Shown in pieces: positions 8,967 to 20,716 of a DNA stretch of 64,000 nucleotides. Below the pieces are notes generated by a model. It ran no database searches, was not told where the DNA came from, and was given only the letters and a program-made list of their open reading frames with translations. A program made the position numbers and the translations under genes. Numbering within the stretch: the first letter of the stretch is position 1; every line of letters starts with the position of its first letter. The stretch is from Bdellovibrionales bacterium (GTDB lineage Bacteria > Bdellovibrionota > Bdellovibrionia > Bdellovibrionales > UBA1609), in NCBI GenBank assembly GCA_027317865.1, contig DAHVQG010000011.1:43079-107078 (forward strand), in the 5' to 3' direction.

Positions 8967-10265
8967 ATGTTCATGAACTTAGCACGTTTTCGGTCAATTG
9001 AGTTCGCCGGTGCTGTCGCGATGATGGCGCTGTCTATTCTTCTTTCAGGCTGTGGCAAGGTTTGGGTTCAACTTAAGATGCGCTCGTCGGGCTCGTGCCT
9101 AACAGCGACCATGTATAATGCTATTGGTAGTGGTACATCGAGCGACCCTTATCAAATCTGTACGGCGGCCCAAATTCAAAACCTCGCGAGTTCATCGTCG
9201 GGCTGGAGTGCCGATTTTCAACTTGAAAACAACATCGACATGACCGGGGTTACAATCAGCCACCCCATCGGCAACAGCACAACCAATTTCACTGGAATTT
9301 TTAACGGCAATAATTACGCCATTTCGAACTTCACTTTGAATGACGCCACCAATGCCAACGTTGGCCTGTTTGGCGTCGTCTCCGGAAACGGCACAAGTTC
9401 GGGAATAATCGAAAATCTTACGTTAACTAATGCCAATGTGACGGCTGGTACAGGTGGTGAAGTGGGCACTTTATTAGGGATGTTAGACTCGGGGCTTGTC
9501 AGCAACTGTTCAGCCGCTGGCACTGTGACCCCTTACGAATATGGTGGTGGGCTTATCGGCGCTGCTGGCGCCACATCGGCATCGGTTTGGACAATTACCC
9601 ATTCGAACGCCAACGTCACTATCGTCGGCAACGGATTTTGCCAAGAAGTGGGTGGGTTCATCGGTTTGGCCACAGGCGCCTCAACGTCAACTATTACCGA
9701 TTGTTTTGCATTGGGTAATATATCCAACACCTTTGGATTAACCGGTGGTTTAGCAGGCTCTGTTGGTGGAGCTTCGGTAGTTAACTCGTTTGCTCGCGGT
9801 ACAATCACTCTAGGCGGCACAGGAGATGACGGCGGTTTAATCGGACAGCTCGCGGGCTCAATTGTTGAAAACTGTTACGCAACTGGCGGAGTGGCTGCCT
9901 CGAACGGTTATATTGGCGGCCTCATCGGTCTACTTGGAAATGCGGGCATGACGACACAAACGATCATTAGTTCGTACGCAACAGGAGCGGTCTCCGGCGG
10001 TTCAAATCTCGGTGGGCTCATTGGTTACGATTCCGGAGGCACAACTTATACGGGTAATTCGTACTGGAACAATACGGTGAACCCGTCTCTCACTGGCATT
10101 GGCAGCGGAAGTTCTTCGAACGTTGTGGGGGCATCAACTTCGGCCATGCAAACGCAAACAACGTACTCGGGCTGGAATTTTACTTCGGGTACAGGTATCT
10201 GGATGATGCCGACCGGTGGGGTAAACCAAAGTTACCCCGTACTACAATGGGCCGGGAATCAATAA
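8967..10265 (+). CDS. Exported Gly-rich beta-helix protein with GLUG-type repeats (probable lipoprotein)
   Basis: LLSGC lipobox; DPYQI, FTGIFNGN..ISN, VGLFG and repeated GGLIG/YATG.V units. Confidence 0.8.
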   Translation: MFMNLARFRSIEFAGAVAMMALSILLSGCGKVWVQLKMRSSGSCLTATMYNAIGSGTSSDPYQICTAAQIQNLASSSSGWSADFQLENNIDMTGVTISHPIGNSTTNFTGIFNGNNYAISNFTLNDATNANVGLFGVVSGNGTSSGIIENLTLTNANVTAGTGGEVGTLLGMLDSGLVSNCSAAGTVTPYEYGGGLIGAAGATSASVWTITHSNANVTIVGNGFCQEVGGFIGLATGASTSTITDCFALGNISNTFGLTGGLAGSVGGASVVNSFARGTITLGGTGDDGGLIGQLAGSIVENCYATGGVAASNGYIGGLIGLLGNAGMTTQTIISSYATGAVSGGSNLGGLIGYDSGGTTYTGNSYWNNTVNPSLTGIGSGSSSNVVGASTSAMQTQTTYSGWNFTSGTGIWMMPTGGVNQSYPVLQWAGNQ

Positions 10266-10303
10266 AAACCGTTCAAACTACGTGTGATATTAAGGCGTAC
10301 TTA

Positions 10304-12601
10304 TCATTGCAAACCAAGGTCAGATAAAAACGCATCCTTATTCGGCTGCCGTCCAAGAAAAGTGGAAATCAAGTTGAGCGGGTTCATCATGTTTCCTTGT
10401 TCGAGAATGGCCGTGCGAAAATCTCCCCCAACTTGAGCATTAAGTAGTCCGCCTTTTTGAAACCTGCTGAACATGTCGGCGGCATAAATTTCTGACCACA
10501 AACGACTGTAGCAGATACCGTCACGTCCGGCCATGATTGGCTTAAAGCTCGCGAGAAAATGAGCGCCTTTGGCCGGTGAAAATCCCAAGATTTTTTTGTA
10601 AATTTGCGCATAGACCTGATCGGGATCCACCGCGCCCATCGAAGAATATAAAGACACGTCCGTATAGGCACGCACAATCCGCCGCATGTAGAAATAGCCA
10701 ATCGGCAACCCATCGCGTTCAAATTTTTGCACAGCTAAAAGTTTTGCGATGAGATCGTCGGGCAAAGGTTTCGCCGGGTTTTTATAAAATCCAGAAATTT
10801 TGCGAAGAATCATGCGGCTAGCCAACCAATGTTCAAGCATTTGCGACGGAGTATCGGCAAAATCAGGCACAACACGACTCCCCGACAAATATCCATACGG
10901 TGCGTGTGTTAATGTCTGTTGCATTAATCGGCCGAAACTCCGCAATAATTTCCTCACATCTGAAAAACTGAGCAACGTTGGAGCCATTTGATTCGTGCCA
11001 TTAAAATTCGCAATCAGCGCCGAGACAGGTAACCGGTACCCCCCCCGTTCTTCTCGTCCATCGATAAGCGCAAACGCCGCCGCATGTCCGGGTGCAAACG
11101 TTTGCGAGGTCAAATCAACATAAAAATATCCAATAACGGAATTTTCGCCGGGATCAACAATCGCATACAGCTTGACTCCGTCCGACCAAACCACTGCGCC
11201 ATCGACCCTTTCAAAACGAACTCCAAAAACAGTTGAAAGCAACGAAAGTATTTTCGACGTGACCGTATCAGCCGGAAAATATTGCCGCACTTCATTCGAG
11301 CTCAAACCAAAATCGCTGATTTCCAATTGTTTCGTTAAATATCTTATGTCCCACGCGTGCAGCACCACTGTGGGTTGTTTTGTAGCGGGTTGCTTTGTCG
11401 CGGGTTGCTTGGCTGCGGGGCTGGTATTCGACTGTTTACTTTTCAACGGTTTGTCCGACGCTTGTTTGTTCGATGCTTGCTGGTTTGACGCTTGATCCTC
11501 CGGCTTGGTGTTCACAAGTAAGTTTTGTTTTAACTGTAATAACTGCGCCTGTTCTTTGGCGTACAATGGCGAAAAATCAGCTCTGAGTTCGTTCAGCGTC
11601 GCCATCACGTTTTTCGAATCTCTTGCCATATTTTCTTGGACACGATATTCGGCCCAATTTTTAAACCCGAGTAGCCGCGCAATTCTTTCGCGTACGCGAA
11701 TAGCTTGTGCCAAAATTTGAATGTTCTCCGAAGCACGATTTTCGTACGCGGGCATCATCGCACGGCGAGTTTGGGCTGATTGCGCGTCCGTTAATACTTG
11801 AATAAAATCCGATCGGGTTACCGGCACCGCATAAGTTGGTGTTGGCGTGGATGTAGTGTTTGACGCGGCAGTGGGTGCGACTGTGGCAGTAGTTGCGGTT
11901 ACAGTAGTAGAAGGGCTCGCGGGTTTCGACGAAGTCGCGGGTGTCGCTTGCGTTTTAGATTTCACTGCGGCAAGAAAATCGCTGCTCATCCCCGCAAGCT
12001 CGTCGCCCGTGAACGTAAGTGTTGATTTGTTGCTCTTGAGATTTTGTTTATAGGTTTTTACGAGGTTGTTGAGTTTGAGTTCAAGTATGCGCAATTTTTT
12101 AAGCTTAAAGGCGCTCAAGGTTGCACCATGCCGTTCAAAATTACGACTCAAAATCACCACTAAACGTTCTTGGTCCATGTCCTCAACATTTGTCGTGCTC
12201 ACAAGATGGTAAAGGCGCCGATTTGTAAACGCTTGTGCGATTGCACGACGTACCTTCGCCTTGCAGGCGATCGCTTCAGTCCGCGTTTCGTCATCCGGCG
12301 AAACGTAGCGCATAAATATCAGGGGCTGAGTGGCGTCCATTAAATCTGTCCAGGCGCGATCAAAATCATATGCGCTTTGAATTTTTAATTTTTGATTACG
12401 GTCAAACCGGCCGACGGCTTGGTTACAATCCATCCGCAATTCACCGGAATTAAACGCCGTTTGAATAATACTTTTCTGAAATTGTGGTTCTACGTTTGCA
12501 CCGCTCACTGGCGCAGCTGAGCAGCCCACAAGCAAACTCACCGCCCATCCGCAAAAAGCTAAGATTTCAGCCGTTCCCCTTGCCACTCTTACCTTTGCCA
12601 T
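10304..12601 (-). CDS. M3-family (thimet oligopeptidase-like) peptidase homologue, lipoprotein, active site degenerate
   Basis: ARLLGFKNWAEY, WDIRY, YFP, GYFYVDL, ANF, PSQMLEHW, YAADMF, FLGRQPN; HEFGH position reads RSFGR. Confidence 0.85.
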   Translation of the reverse strand: MAKVRVARGTAEILAFCGWAVSLLVGCSAAPVSGANVEPQFQKSIIQTAFNSGELRMDCNQAVGRFDRNQKLKIQSAYDFDRAWTDLMDATQPLIFMRYVSPDDETRTEAIACKAKVRRAIAQAFTNRRLYHLVSTTNVEDMDQERLVVILSRNFERHGATLSAFKLKKLRILELKLNNLVKTYKQNLKSNKSTLTFTGDELAGMSSDFLAAVKSKTQATPATSSKPASPSTTVTATTATVAPTAASNTTSTPTPTYAVPVTRSDFIQVLTDAQSAQTRRAMMPAYENRASENIQILAQAIRVRERIARLLGFKNWAEYRVQENMARDSKNVMATLNELRADFSPLYAKEQAQLLQLKQNLLVNTKPEDQASNQQASNKQASDKPLKSKQSNTSPAAKQPATKQPATKQPTVVLHAWDIRYLTKQLEISDFGLSSNEVRQYFPADTVTSKILSLLSTVFGVRFERVDGAVVWSDGVKLYAIVDPGENSVIGYFYVDLTSQTFAPGHAAAFALIDGREERGGYRLPVSALIANFNGTNQMAPTLLSFSDVRKLLRSFGRLMQQTLTHAPYGYLSGSRVVPDFADTPSQMLEHWLASRMILRKISGFYKNPAKPLPDDLIAKLLAVQKFERDGLPIGYFYMRRIVRAYTDVSLYSSMGAVDPDQVYAQIYKKILGFSPAKGAHFLASFKPIMAGRDGICYSRLWSEIYAADMFSRFQKGGLLNAQVGGDFRTAILEQGNMMNPLNLISTFLGRQPNKDAFLSDLGLQ

Positions 12602-13123
12602 TTGACCCCTTCGCTTGCGGCCGATAACGAAAGGCGCGTCGCGATTCCGAGGGAGCTTTTACTTTCGATTGCGCCTGTGGTTTTGCCGAGCCGGTTTCAA
12701 AAGTTCGCGATTTCACCGCCGCAGGGCTAGTTAACATTTGTTTAATATCGGCATCTTGCTCAATTAAGATGCCGCTCACCGCATTAGAAGCTTCGATTTT
12801 TTGATTTCCTAAAAGCCGCCGTGGCGCTTGCTTTTGTTTTTCAACCTGTTCGCTTAGATCAATCGTTACATCGCCAAAACAGACAAGTTGGCACGCCAGC
12901 CGCCGCTGATCGATAAAATACCCGCTCCCAATAAGATTGAGTTCCTTCACACTTGGCGGCAAAACATTGTATTCACCGTCAACAACTCGCACACGGCATT
13001 CGGCACACGATGGCAAACCGTTGCAAGTGGATTTAATGGGAACACCTTTTTCGTGCGCCAAATCGAGAACCGTTTGCCCGGGGCGAATCTCGAATTCCTG
13101 GTTCTGCGGCACAAATTTAACTT

Positions 13124-13127
<4 letters not shown>
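12567..13127 (-). CDS. 2Fe-2S ferredoxin-domain protein
   Basis: [10 protein letters not shown]...RLACQ. Confidence 0.88.
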
Positions 13128-14358
<1,231 letters not shown>

Positions 14359-14362
<4 letters not shown>

Positions 14363-15939
14363 CGTGCGTGCTCCACCATCCGCGTTTCGCGAATGACCGA
14401 GACCTTAATTTGCCCTGGGTAACTGAGCTCGCGCTCAATTTTTCGAGCAATATCTTTACTCAGCATACTGGCTTGATCGTCTGTTATTTTCGAGCTTTCA
14501 ACGAGTACGCGCACTTCTTTGCCGGATTGCAATGCATATGTGCGCACAACGCCATCGAACGAATTGGCGACTGATTCAAGATCTTCGAGACGCCGCACAA
14601 AATTTTGAATCATTTGACGGTTTGCTCCTGGCCGAGCTTCTGAAAACCCGTTCGCCGCAAAAACAACGTGGCCGAGCAAACTGCGCTCTTCTTCACGCAT
14701 CCCTTGCGAACGAATCGCGTTGACGATCACCTCTTTTTCACCGTAACGGCGGGCATAATCGGCACCCACCTGCCAAACGCCGCCTTCGACCGTGTGATCA
14801 ATGGCTTGACCGATGTCGTGTAAAAGCCCGGCCCGTCGGGCGGCCGCAACGTCTTCGCCAAGTTCTGCCGCCATAACTCCCGCCAAAAAGGCCACTTCAC
14901 GTGAATGGTCGTACAAGTTTTGCGCACCCACCATCCGATATTTCATACTGCCGACAAGACTCAAAAGGCTTGCGTGCATACCCGAAAGCCCGAGATCAAA
15001 AGCCGCCTTTTCGCCGTCTTGTTTAACTGTTTCAAGTAAATCAGCTTTAACTTTTTCGACAACTTCTTCGATGCGCGCCGGGTGGACGCGGCCGTCTTCC
15101 ATCAGCTTCTCAATCGAAAGCTTGGCGATTTCGCGCCGAACAGGATCAAAACTCGAAATCACGACCGCTTCGGGCGTTTCGTCGACAATCAAATCGACGC
15201 CACAAGCCGCTTCAAGCGCGCGAATGTTCCGCCCTTCGCGTCCAATAATTTTACCTTTCATCTCTTCGCCTTTTAGCGGAATGATCGTAACTGATCGCTC
15301 CGTCGAAACTTCATTCGCATATCGCGACAACGCGACGGCAAGAATGCGCTTGGCTTTTCTATCCGCCTCTCGTTTGGCCTCATCTTCAATTTTAGTTAAT
15401 TGCGGAGCTAAATCGTGGCGAACTTCTTCTTCAAGCTCATGACGGAGCTGTTCGCGAGCTTGATCGCCGGTCAGATTCGCGACTTGCTCTAGTTTTATAC
15501 GTAATTCTTGAATCTGCGCATTTGACGCCTTTTCTAAATCAATAAGTTGGTTTTCGCTCGCCTTCAGCTTTACTTCCCGGTCTTCGAGTTGTTTCAAACG
15601 ACTCTGCAGATTTTTGTCTTTTTTCTTAAATTCAGAATCGAGGTTGGCCTCTTTTTGTTTCAATGAATTTTCGAGACTCTGGACGCGCTGCTTTTCTTTG
15701 CGGATTTCATTTTCGGCATTGCGCTTGGCCCGGTTTTCAAAATCGGTCGCTTTTTGGCTGGCGTCTTTTTCGATTTTTTGCGCTTGTGAACGGGCTCGCG
15801 ACAGAATTCTTTCGGCTTCTTTGCTCGCATCATTCTTAAGTCTGTTTTCTTGAAACTGTCGGTAAAAATACAGGGCGACAAAACCGGCGAAAAACCCGGC
15901 CGCCAAACTGACGATTGCTACTATTAACGATTTATCCAT
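14359..15939 (-). CDS. rny: Ribonuclease Y (HD domain partly divergent)
   Basis: N-terminal TM, coiled coil, KH ([14 protein letters not shown]), LLHDIG, ARPGA, YPGQIKV; start at ATG 15939 with GAGGAG SD. Confidence 0.92.
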
Positions 15940-16522
15940 TTTCACTCCTCGCTCGTAGCAACACGTATTCATCTGTCGCAACGAGATCCATATTCACGTC
16001 GTGAGCATCACGCGGCAAATCGTCGTTTGCGATTTGCGCTACAGATGCCACGCCCACTTTGACTCCGTTATAATTTTCAAGAGCTCGATCGTAAAAACCA
16101 CGGCCGCGGCCCAATCGGCGCATTTTCCGGTCGAAAGCCACTCCAGGCACAAGAACAACATCCAACGACTTCATTTCAACTCGATCGGACTGTAACGGAT
16201 TCGGCTCTTCGATATCCCATTGACCGCGAGCAAAACTTTCGAAACTGTGTGGATGATAAAATACGATTTCGCCTTGCCCGTCATTTTTCTGTATACGCGG
16301 GAACGCCCAAAACCATCGATTATCTTCGATAAGCGGGTCAATATTGATCTCGTCGCTTTTGCCGCGAAAAGCACCGACGCGGGCACCCTCAGGAATTACT
16401 GATTTTAAATTTTCGACAACACGGGTTGCGGCTACGGCGCCCGACTCTTTCAAATACGAAAGATTGGCCTTTTTGAATGCCGTCCGAAGATCACTTTTTT
16501 TAACGTCGTTCAATGCACTCAC
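15932..16522 (-). CDS. ygfA: 5-formyltetrahydrofolate cyclo-ligase
   Basis: VPGVAFD..RLGRGRGFYDR, HDV.MD. Confidence 0.92.
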   Translation of the reverse strand: MSALNDVKKSDLRTAFKKANLSYLKESGAVAATRVVENLKSVIPEGARVGAFRGKSDEINIDPLIEDNRWFWAFPRIQKNDGQGEIVFYHPHSFESFARGQWDIEEPNPLQSDRVEMKSLDVVLVPGVAFDRKMRRLGRGRGFYDRALENYNGVKVGVASVAQIANDDLPRDAHDVNMDLVATDEYVLLRARSENG

Positions 16523-16555
16523 GAGAAAACCTCACGTGAGGCAGCATCTAGAAGT

Positions 16556-16876
16556 TCAGGCTTCGATTTTTGGCGTCACATCATCTAATTGATTGAGAAT
16601 TTCGCGGCTTTGGGTTTCAACTTGATCCAACTCCCTAAACAAAGTTTGCCTTAACAACACCAACTCTTCCGCCAAATTAAGACTAGCCAATACCAACGCG
16701 TTTTGAAAAGACACCGTGACATTGGCTCGCATCGCCTCTTCCACCTTTTGATCGACAATTTGGACAAGTTCATCCACAAACGCTGATTCATGAGATGAAC
16801 GCACCTTTAATGGCAAACCAGCAACCTGAACGTTGTAGACACTACGGTTTACGCTATCAGATGCTGGAGTTGACAT
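16556..16876 (-). CDS. zapA: Cell division protein ZapA
   Basis: V.VAG..L.V...VD.K...LA.LNLAEE pattern plus coiled coil; canonical position upstream of ygfA. Confidence 0.85.
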   Translation of the reverse strand: MSTPASDSVNRSVYNVQVAGLPLKVRSSHESAFVDELVQIVDQKVEEAMRANVTVSFQNALVLASLNLAEELVLLRQTLFRELDQVETQSREILNQLDDVTPKIEA

Positions 16877-17055
16877 GCCAAAAACTCCTAAAGTTGCCTC
16901 TACTTACAAATTAAACTCAACACTTATTGTTATCTCATTTAAGTGTGTTTGGCAATTTTACTTGGGCGTCTATTGAAAAAATCGGCCGTCTTAATTATTC
17001 TTTTTGCGCTTTGCATAATCTTGATCTATGAGCAACACACCATTTGGGGGAGATT

Positions 17056-17523
17056 ATGACAAATTTCAAATGTATTACCGTAGGAATTGTCGGCGTTCTA
17101 ACGGCGGGACTGCTTTTCGCCCAAATCAGTTGGGCCTGTACGCCGTGGCGGGAGCGCTCCAGTGAATGTATTTACGGCGGCTCCCACAGTGGTACGCTTT
17201 GGACTCGTAAATGCCCGTCTACTGTTTGTCACCGCGATGGCCACTTCATTACCAATATACCTTGCGACAACGAAACAATTTGCATGCCTGAAAGTCAAAT
17301 GGACGGCCCGACGATGCCGGGAACTGACGATCAACTCCCCGTTCATGTCAATCCGAACAACCTCACCACTGTTTGCCAAAAATGGTATCCGCTTACGGGC
17401 GATGATTCGCAAATGGATGGTTGTTCCGAAAACCAGCATGAATGGCGGCGCGTTTGCCAAAAATATGATCCCGTCGATTATCCGACACAGACGTGTTCGG
17501 CCAGCTACCCGGGCGACAACTAA
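17056..17523 (+). CDS. Small secreted Cys/Trp-rich protein
   Basis: GGGGAG SD, signal peptide, ten Cys in the mature part, two C..W...C...W.R.C units. Confidence 0.7.
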   Translation: MTNFKCITVGIVGVLTAGLLFAQISWACTPWRERSSECIYGGSHSGTLWTRKCPSTVCHRDGHFITNIPCDNETICMPESQMDGPTMPGTDDQLPVHVNPNNLTTVCQKWYPLTGDDSQMDGCSENQHEWRRVCQKYDPVDYPTQTCSASYPGDN

Positions 17524-17541
17524 AGCTTGATTGAAAAAATG

Positions 17542-18927
17542 CTAATCCCAGACCAGCCGGTTTAAAAGCTCGGCACACGAGCGCCAAAACGCCTTTTTCG
17601 GTTTCGCCGTTGTCGGCAACGTATTGAGCGGCGCCCCTTGAAACGGTGACTCCACGATTTCCATTTCTTCTGGTGTCAACTCCTCAAATCGATGGATTCG
17701 TTTTTGGCGCGCAATTTCCGCCTCACATAGCAGCCGATAAGTAAGTGAATTTGACATCGTCTGTTTCGGCGGCTTGATTGCGCTCAAATAAAATTCGATT
17801 TTGCGGCGCAAGCTCAGATCAAGCGGGGATCCGGCCGAAATTCCCGCCACGATTTTGTTATACCCTAACGCCAGTTCGCTACTTTTTGCCCTTACGTTTA
17901 AATCGACGGCTTGTAAAATCAAACGGCTCACCAAATCGATCTTATCTTGTGCCACCTGATTCTGCACTTCAACTATTTGCCGTACGAAATCAAACAATTT
18001 TTGCCTTAGCGGAAAGGACGCCGTTCGGTATTTAAAACTTGTGATTAACAGCTTTAGTTGCTGATCGGCGACCGGTAAAATCTCACCGGGTGGCACCCCC
18101 GCATCTAGCGCCTTTTGACAAATTTCAAGCCACTGATCAATTGTATAACCGTTGCGACGTCGCGAATCCATAGCGGCAGCGATCAGTCGGTCATGATTAT
18201 TCAAAGCCGGCGAAAAAAACGCCCTTGCGAACTCTTCTATTTCACAAGGCCTATTGGCACAATCCGCATGCCCGCTCACCTGCCGTTTTACTATAAGACG
18301 CGGAAACAAATTTAAATCCAAGACTTTGGTAATTAATTGGTCGATCCTCTGAACAGCCGGCACAGATAGTCCCGTTAAATCCAGATTCATCGGCACAGAA
18401 CCTTCACCGGCCAGAACACTCAATTGAGAAAATGCCAAATTGACAAGTTCGACAAATTTTTGCAATTCAACAAAATTAGCCGGATTAGCTAATGTTTTAC
18501 GAAAGCGCTTATACGCGTATTCTTCCATCATTTGCTCATACGCGCCGCCATCAATCGAATATAGCTTCAACCTGTTTGTCATAAGAATGGCTAAAAACTG
18601 CGCGGGTGAAAGTTCATCAAAGATTTTTGGCGTGTCTCGCAATTGCTCTAAAGTTATTTCGACCGGCAACGCGGACGGGATACTGTTGAGTTCATCCTGC
18701 ACGAATTTCAAATTTTCAGGAAGTACAATATCCTCCGGGTTGTCGTGTAACCAGTCGGTACTTCGAAAATGAATCGCCAAATCGGCAGATGAGTCGTCCG
18801 CAACGGGTTCAACGGTTAGATTTAAATTATGAGCATTGTCTTCAAAAAGTGAGTGACCAAAACAAGGCATCGGCATTGCCTGTAAAAGCAAAAAACACAC
18901 TGAAAAAATGAACAAACGCCAGGACAT
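17542..18927 (-). CDS. Hypothetical exported helical protein
   Basis: Long ORF, N-terminal hydrophobic signal-like segment; start uncertain (18927 or 18987). Confidence 0.65.
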   Translation of the reverse strand: MSWRLFIFSVCFLLLQAMPMPCFGHSLFEDNAHNLNLTVEPVADDSSADLAIHFRSTDWLHDNPEDIVLPENLKFVQDELNSIPSALPVEITLEQLRDTPKIFDELSPAQFLAILMTNRLKLYSIDGGAYEQMMEEYAYKRFRKTLANPANFVELQKFVELVNLAFSQLSVLAGEGSVPMNLDLTGLSVPAVQRIDQLITKVLDLNLFPRLIVKRQVSGHADCANRPCEIEEFARAFFSPALNNHDRLIAAAMDSRRRNGYTIDQWLEICQKALDAGVPPGEILPVADQQLKLLITSFKYRTASFPLRQKLFDFVRQIVEVQNQVAQDKIDLVSRLILQAVDLNVRAKSSELALGYNKIVAGISAGSPLDLSLRRKIEFYLSAIKPPKQTMSNSLTYRLLCEAEIARQKRIHRFEELTPEEMEIVESPFQGAPLNTLPTTAKPKKAFWRSCAELLNRLVWD

Positions 18928-19089
18928 GAGCGCCCCAAAACTTTTCTTTAAAACGGCCTGCCTATTTTGTAGCAATTGGCGTTCCAATTGTTCAACTGAA
19001 CGCCCGTTTAACTACGCGAGTGGCGTGTCATATCAAGTAAAACAATACGGTGAATTTTACAATTTTAACGCCGCGAAGGGGCCCGCATG

Positions 19090-20694
19090 TTAGCGCTCCC
19101 GTAAAAACGTGTAGACGTGAGCTGAAAACAGTCCAACAATACGGCGATAGTCGCTTAGGACGTCAAGGTGAATGGAACTTGTGTTGATGGTTTCTTTACG
19201 GCCGGCTGCCATACGTTCAATGTGCGTCTCGCGCAGCATTCGCTCCATTTTTCTGATGACACGTTTTTTGAAAACGACTTTTGCGGCAAGATCCTTACTT
19301 TGCAATTGGAAGCAGCTTACCGACAACTCCGCGACTTCGACAACGGCGGCGTGTAGGGTCTCAAGCTCCTTCCAACCTTCTATGCTGAATACCAACTTCA
19401 AAGCATGCTTCTTTTCGGCCAGTTCAATGAGGGAGTTATCCACCACATCCGCGGCACTTTCGAGATCGGAAGCATAGCTGAACAGCCGCACCATTTGACG
19501 ATGCAATTCGCTGTCGTCGGTGCGCATATATTTAGTAAGAAAAAGACTGATCTCTCGGTTTAGAAGATCGACTCGGTTGTCGCGCGCACGCAAATCGCTA
19601 ATCAGATCGGGATTTTCATCGTGCAAAATCGATAGCGAATCTTTGATCATCGTGATCACGATATCAGCCATGCGTAAACATTCGCGCTCGGCGTGAGCCA
19701 ACACGACGCTTGGCGATTCGAAAGTTGCACGGTCTAAATATTTAACAGAAAATTCGCGCTCATTGGGCTTCGGCGGCACAAGTTTTTGTACAATACTCGC
19801 TCCACTGCGAATAAACGGAAAAAATACGATGGCCGCACAAACGTTGAACAGTAAATGAGCGTCGGCGACTTGCCTTGCGGGAGAGCCAAAACTGACCAAT
19901 CGCGCCGCATAGGGCGTTAAAAAATAAAAAATCGCGACCATAAGCACTTTGTGCAAACAATGCGCCCAGGCCACCTGTCTACCTGTTGCATTACTTTCAA
20001 CAGATGCCAAAAGTGCCGTCGCCGTCGTGCCGATATTAGCTCCATACACCCAATAAAATGCATCGGTAATGTGAATTAGCCCGGCCGAAGCCATCGTCAT
20101 CGCAATACCGATGACCACCGCACTACTGCGAATCATTGCCGTGAAAATCGCAATCACCACCACCGTAGCGAGCGGGTTCGAATGAAAATACGAGAGCGTT
20201 TCGGGGAACAGCGCGGCGCTTTTAATCGCCTGACTGCCAATGCCAATGACTTCTAAACCAAAAAACATTAGGCCAAAACCCATCACAACTTGCGCCACCC
20301 GGTTGAGAACGCGCTTATGAGTGAGAAATTGAATGGTAAATGCGATGCCGAATATGGGCAGGCCCAATGTGGCGACATTTAAGCTCAACAATTGAGTGGT
20401 GACGGTAGTGCCAATACCGGTGCCGAGAATAATACCCATCACTTGTTCGAGCGAAACAACGCCTGCAGTACCAAGTCCCACCAGAGTCGATGTCACGGCT
20501 CCCGAACTTTGCACGAGGATCGTGATTACGATGCCTGACAAAACAGCCAAAAATGGACGATTCGAAAGTTTTGCCATCATGTCCCGAATACGATTTGCGG
20601 CGAGGTTCTGCAAATTTTCGCTCACAATTTTCATCCCGAGCAAAAAAAGCGCAGTGCCGCCAACGAGATAAACAAAGATGGAGTGCGACTCCAT
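19090..20694 (-). CDS. Na+/Pi cotransporter family protein with PhoU-like C-terminus
   Basis: LVQSSGA, GTGIGTT, IRSSA, GANIGTT repeats; DLESAAD helical C-terminal domain. Confidence 0.9.
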   Translation of the reverse strand: MESHSIFVYLVGGTALFLLGMKIVSENLQNLAANRIRDMMAKLSNRPFLAVLSGIVITILVQSSGAVTSTLVGLGTAGVVSLEQVMGIILGTGIGTTVTTQLLSLNVATLGLPIFGIAFTIQFLTHKRVLNRVAQVVMGFGLMFFGLEVIGIGSQAIKSAALFPETLSYFHSNPLATVVVIAIFTAMIRSSAVVIGIAMTMASAGLIHITDAFYWVYGANIGTTATALLASVESNATGRQVAWAHCLHKVLMVAIFYFLTPYAARLVSFGSPARQVADAHLLFNVCAAIVFFPFIRSGASIVQKLVPPKPNEREFSVKYLDRATFESPSVVLAHAERECLRMADIVITMIKDSLSILHDENPDLISDLRARDNRVDLLNREISLFLTKYMRTDDSELHRQMVRLFSYASDLESAADVVDNSLIELAEKKHALKLVFSIEGWKELETLHAAVVEVAELSVSCFQLQSKDLAAKVVFKKRVIRKMERMLRETHIERMAAGRKETINTSSIHLDVLSDYRRIVGLFSAHVYTFLRER

Positions 20695-20716
20695 TATAGA
20701 TATGTCCGGATGAGCA

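Noticed and set aside
11369-11495. CRISPR-like or mobile repeat
   Set aside because: Short degenerate 15-bp in-frame coding repeats with no spacers
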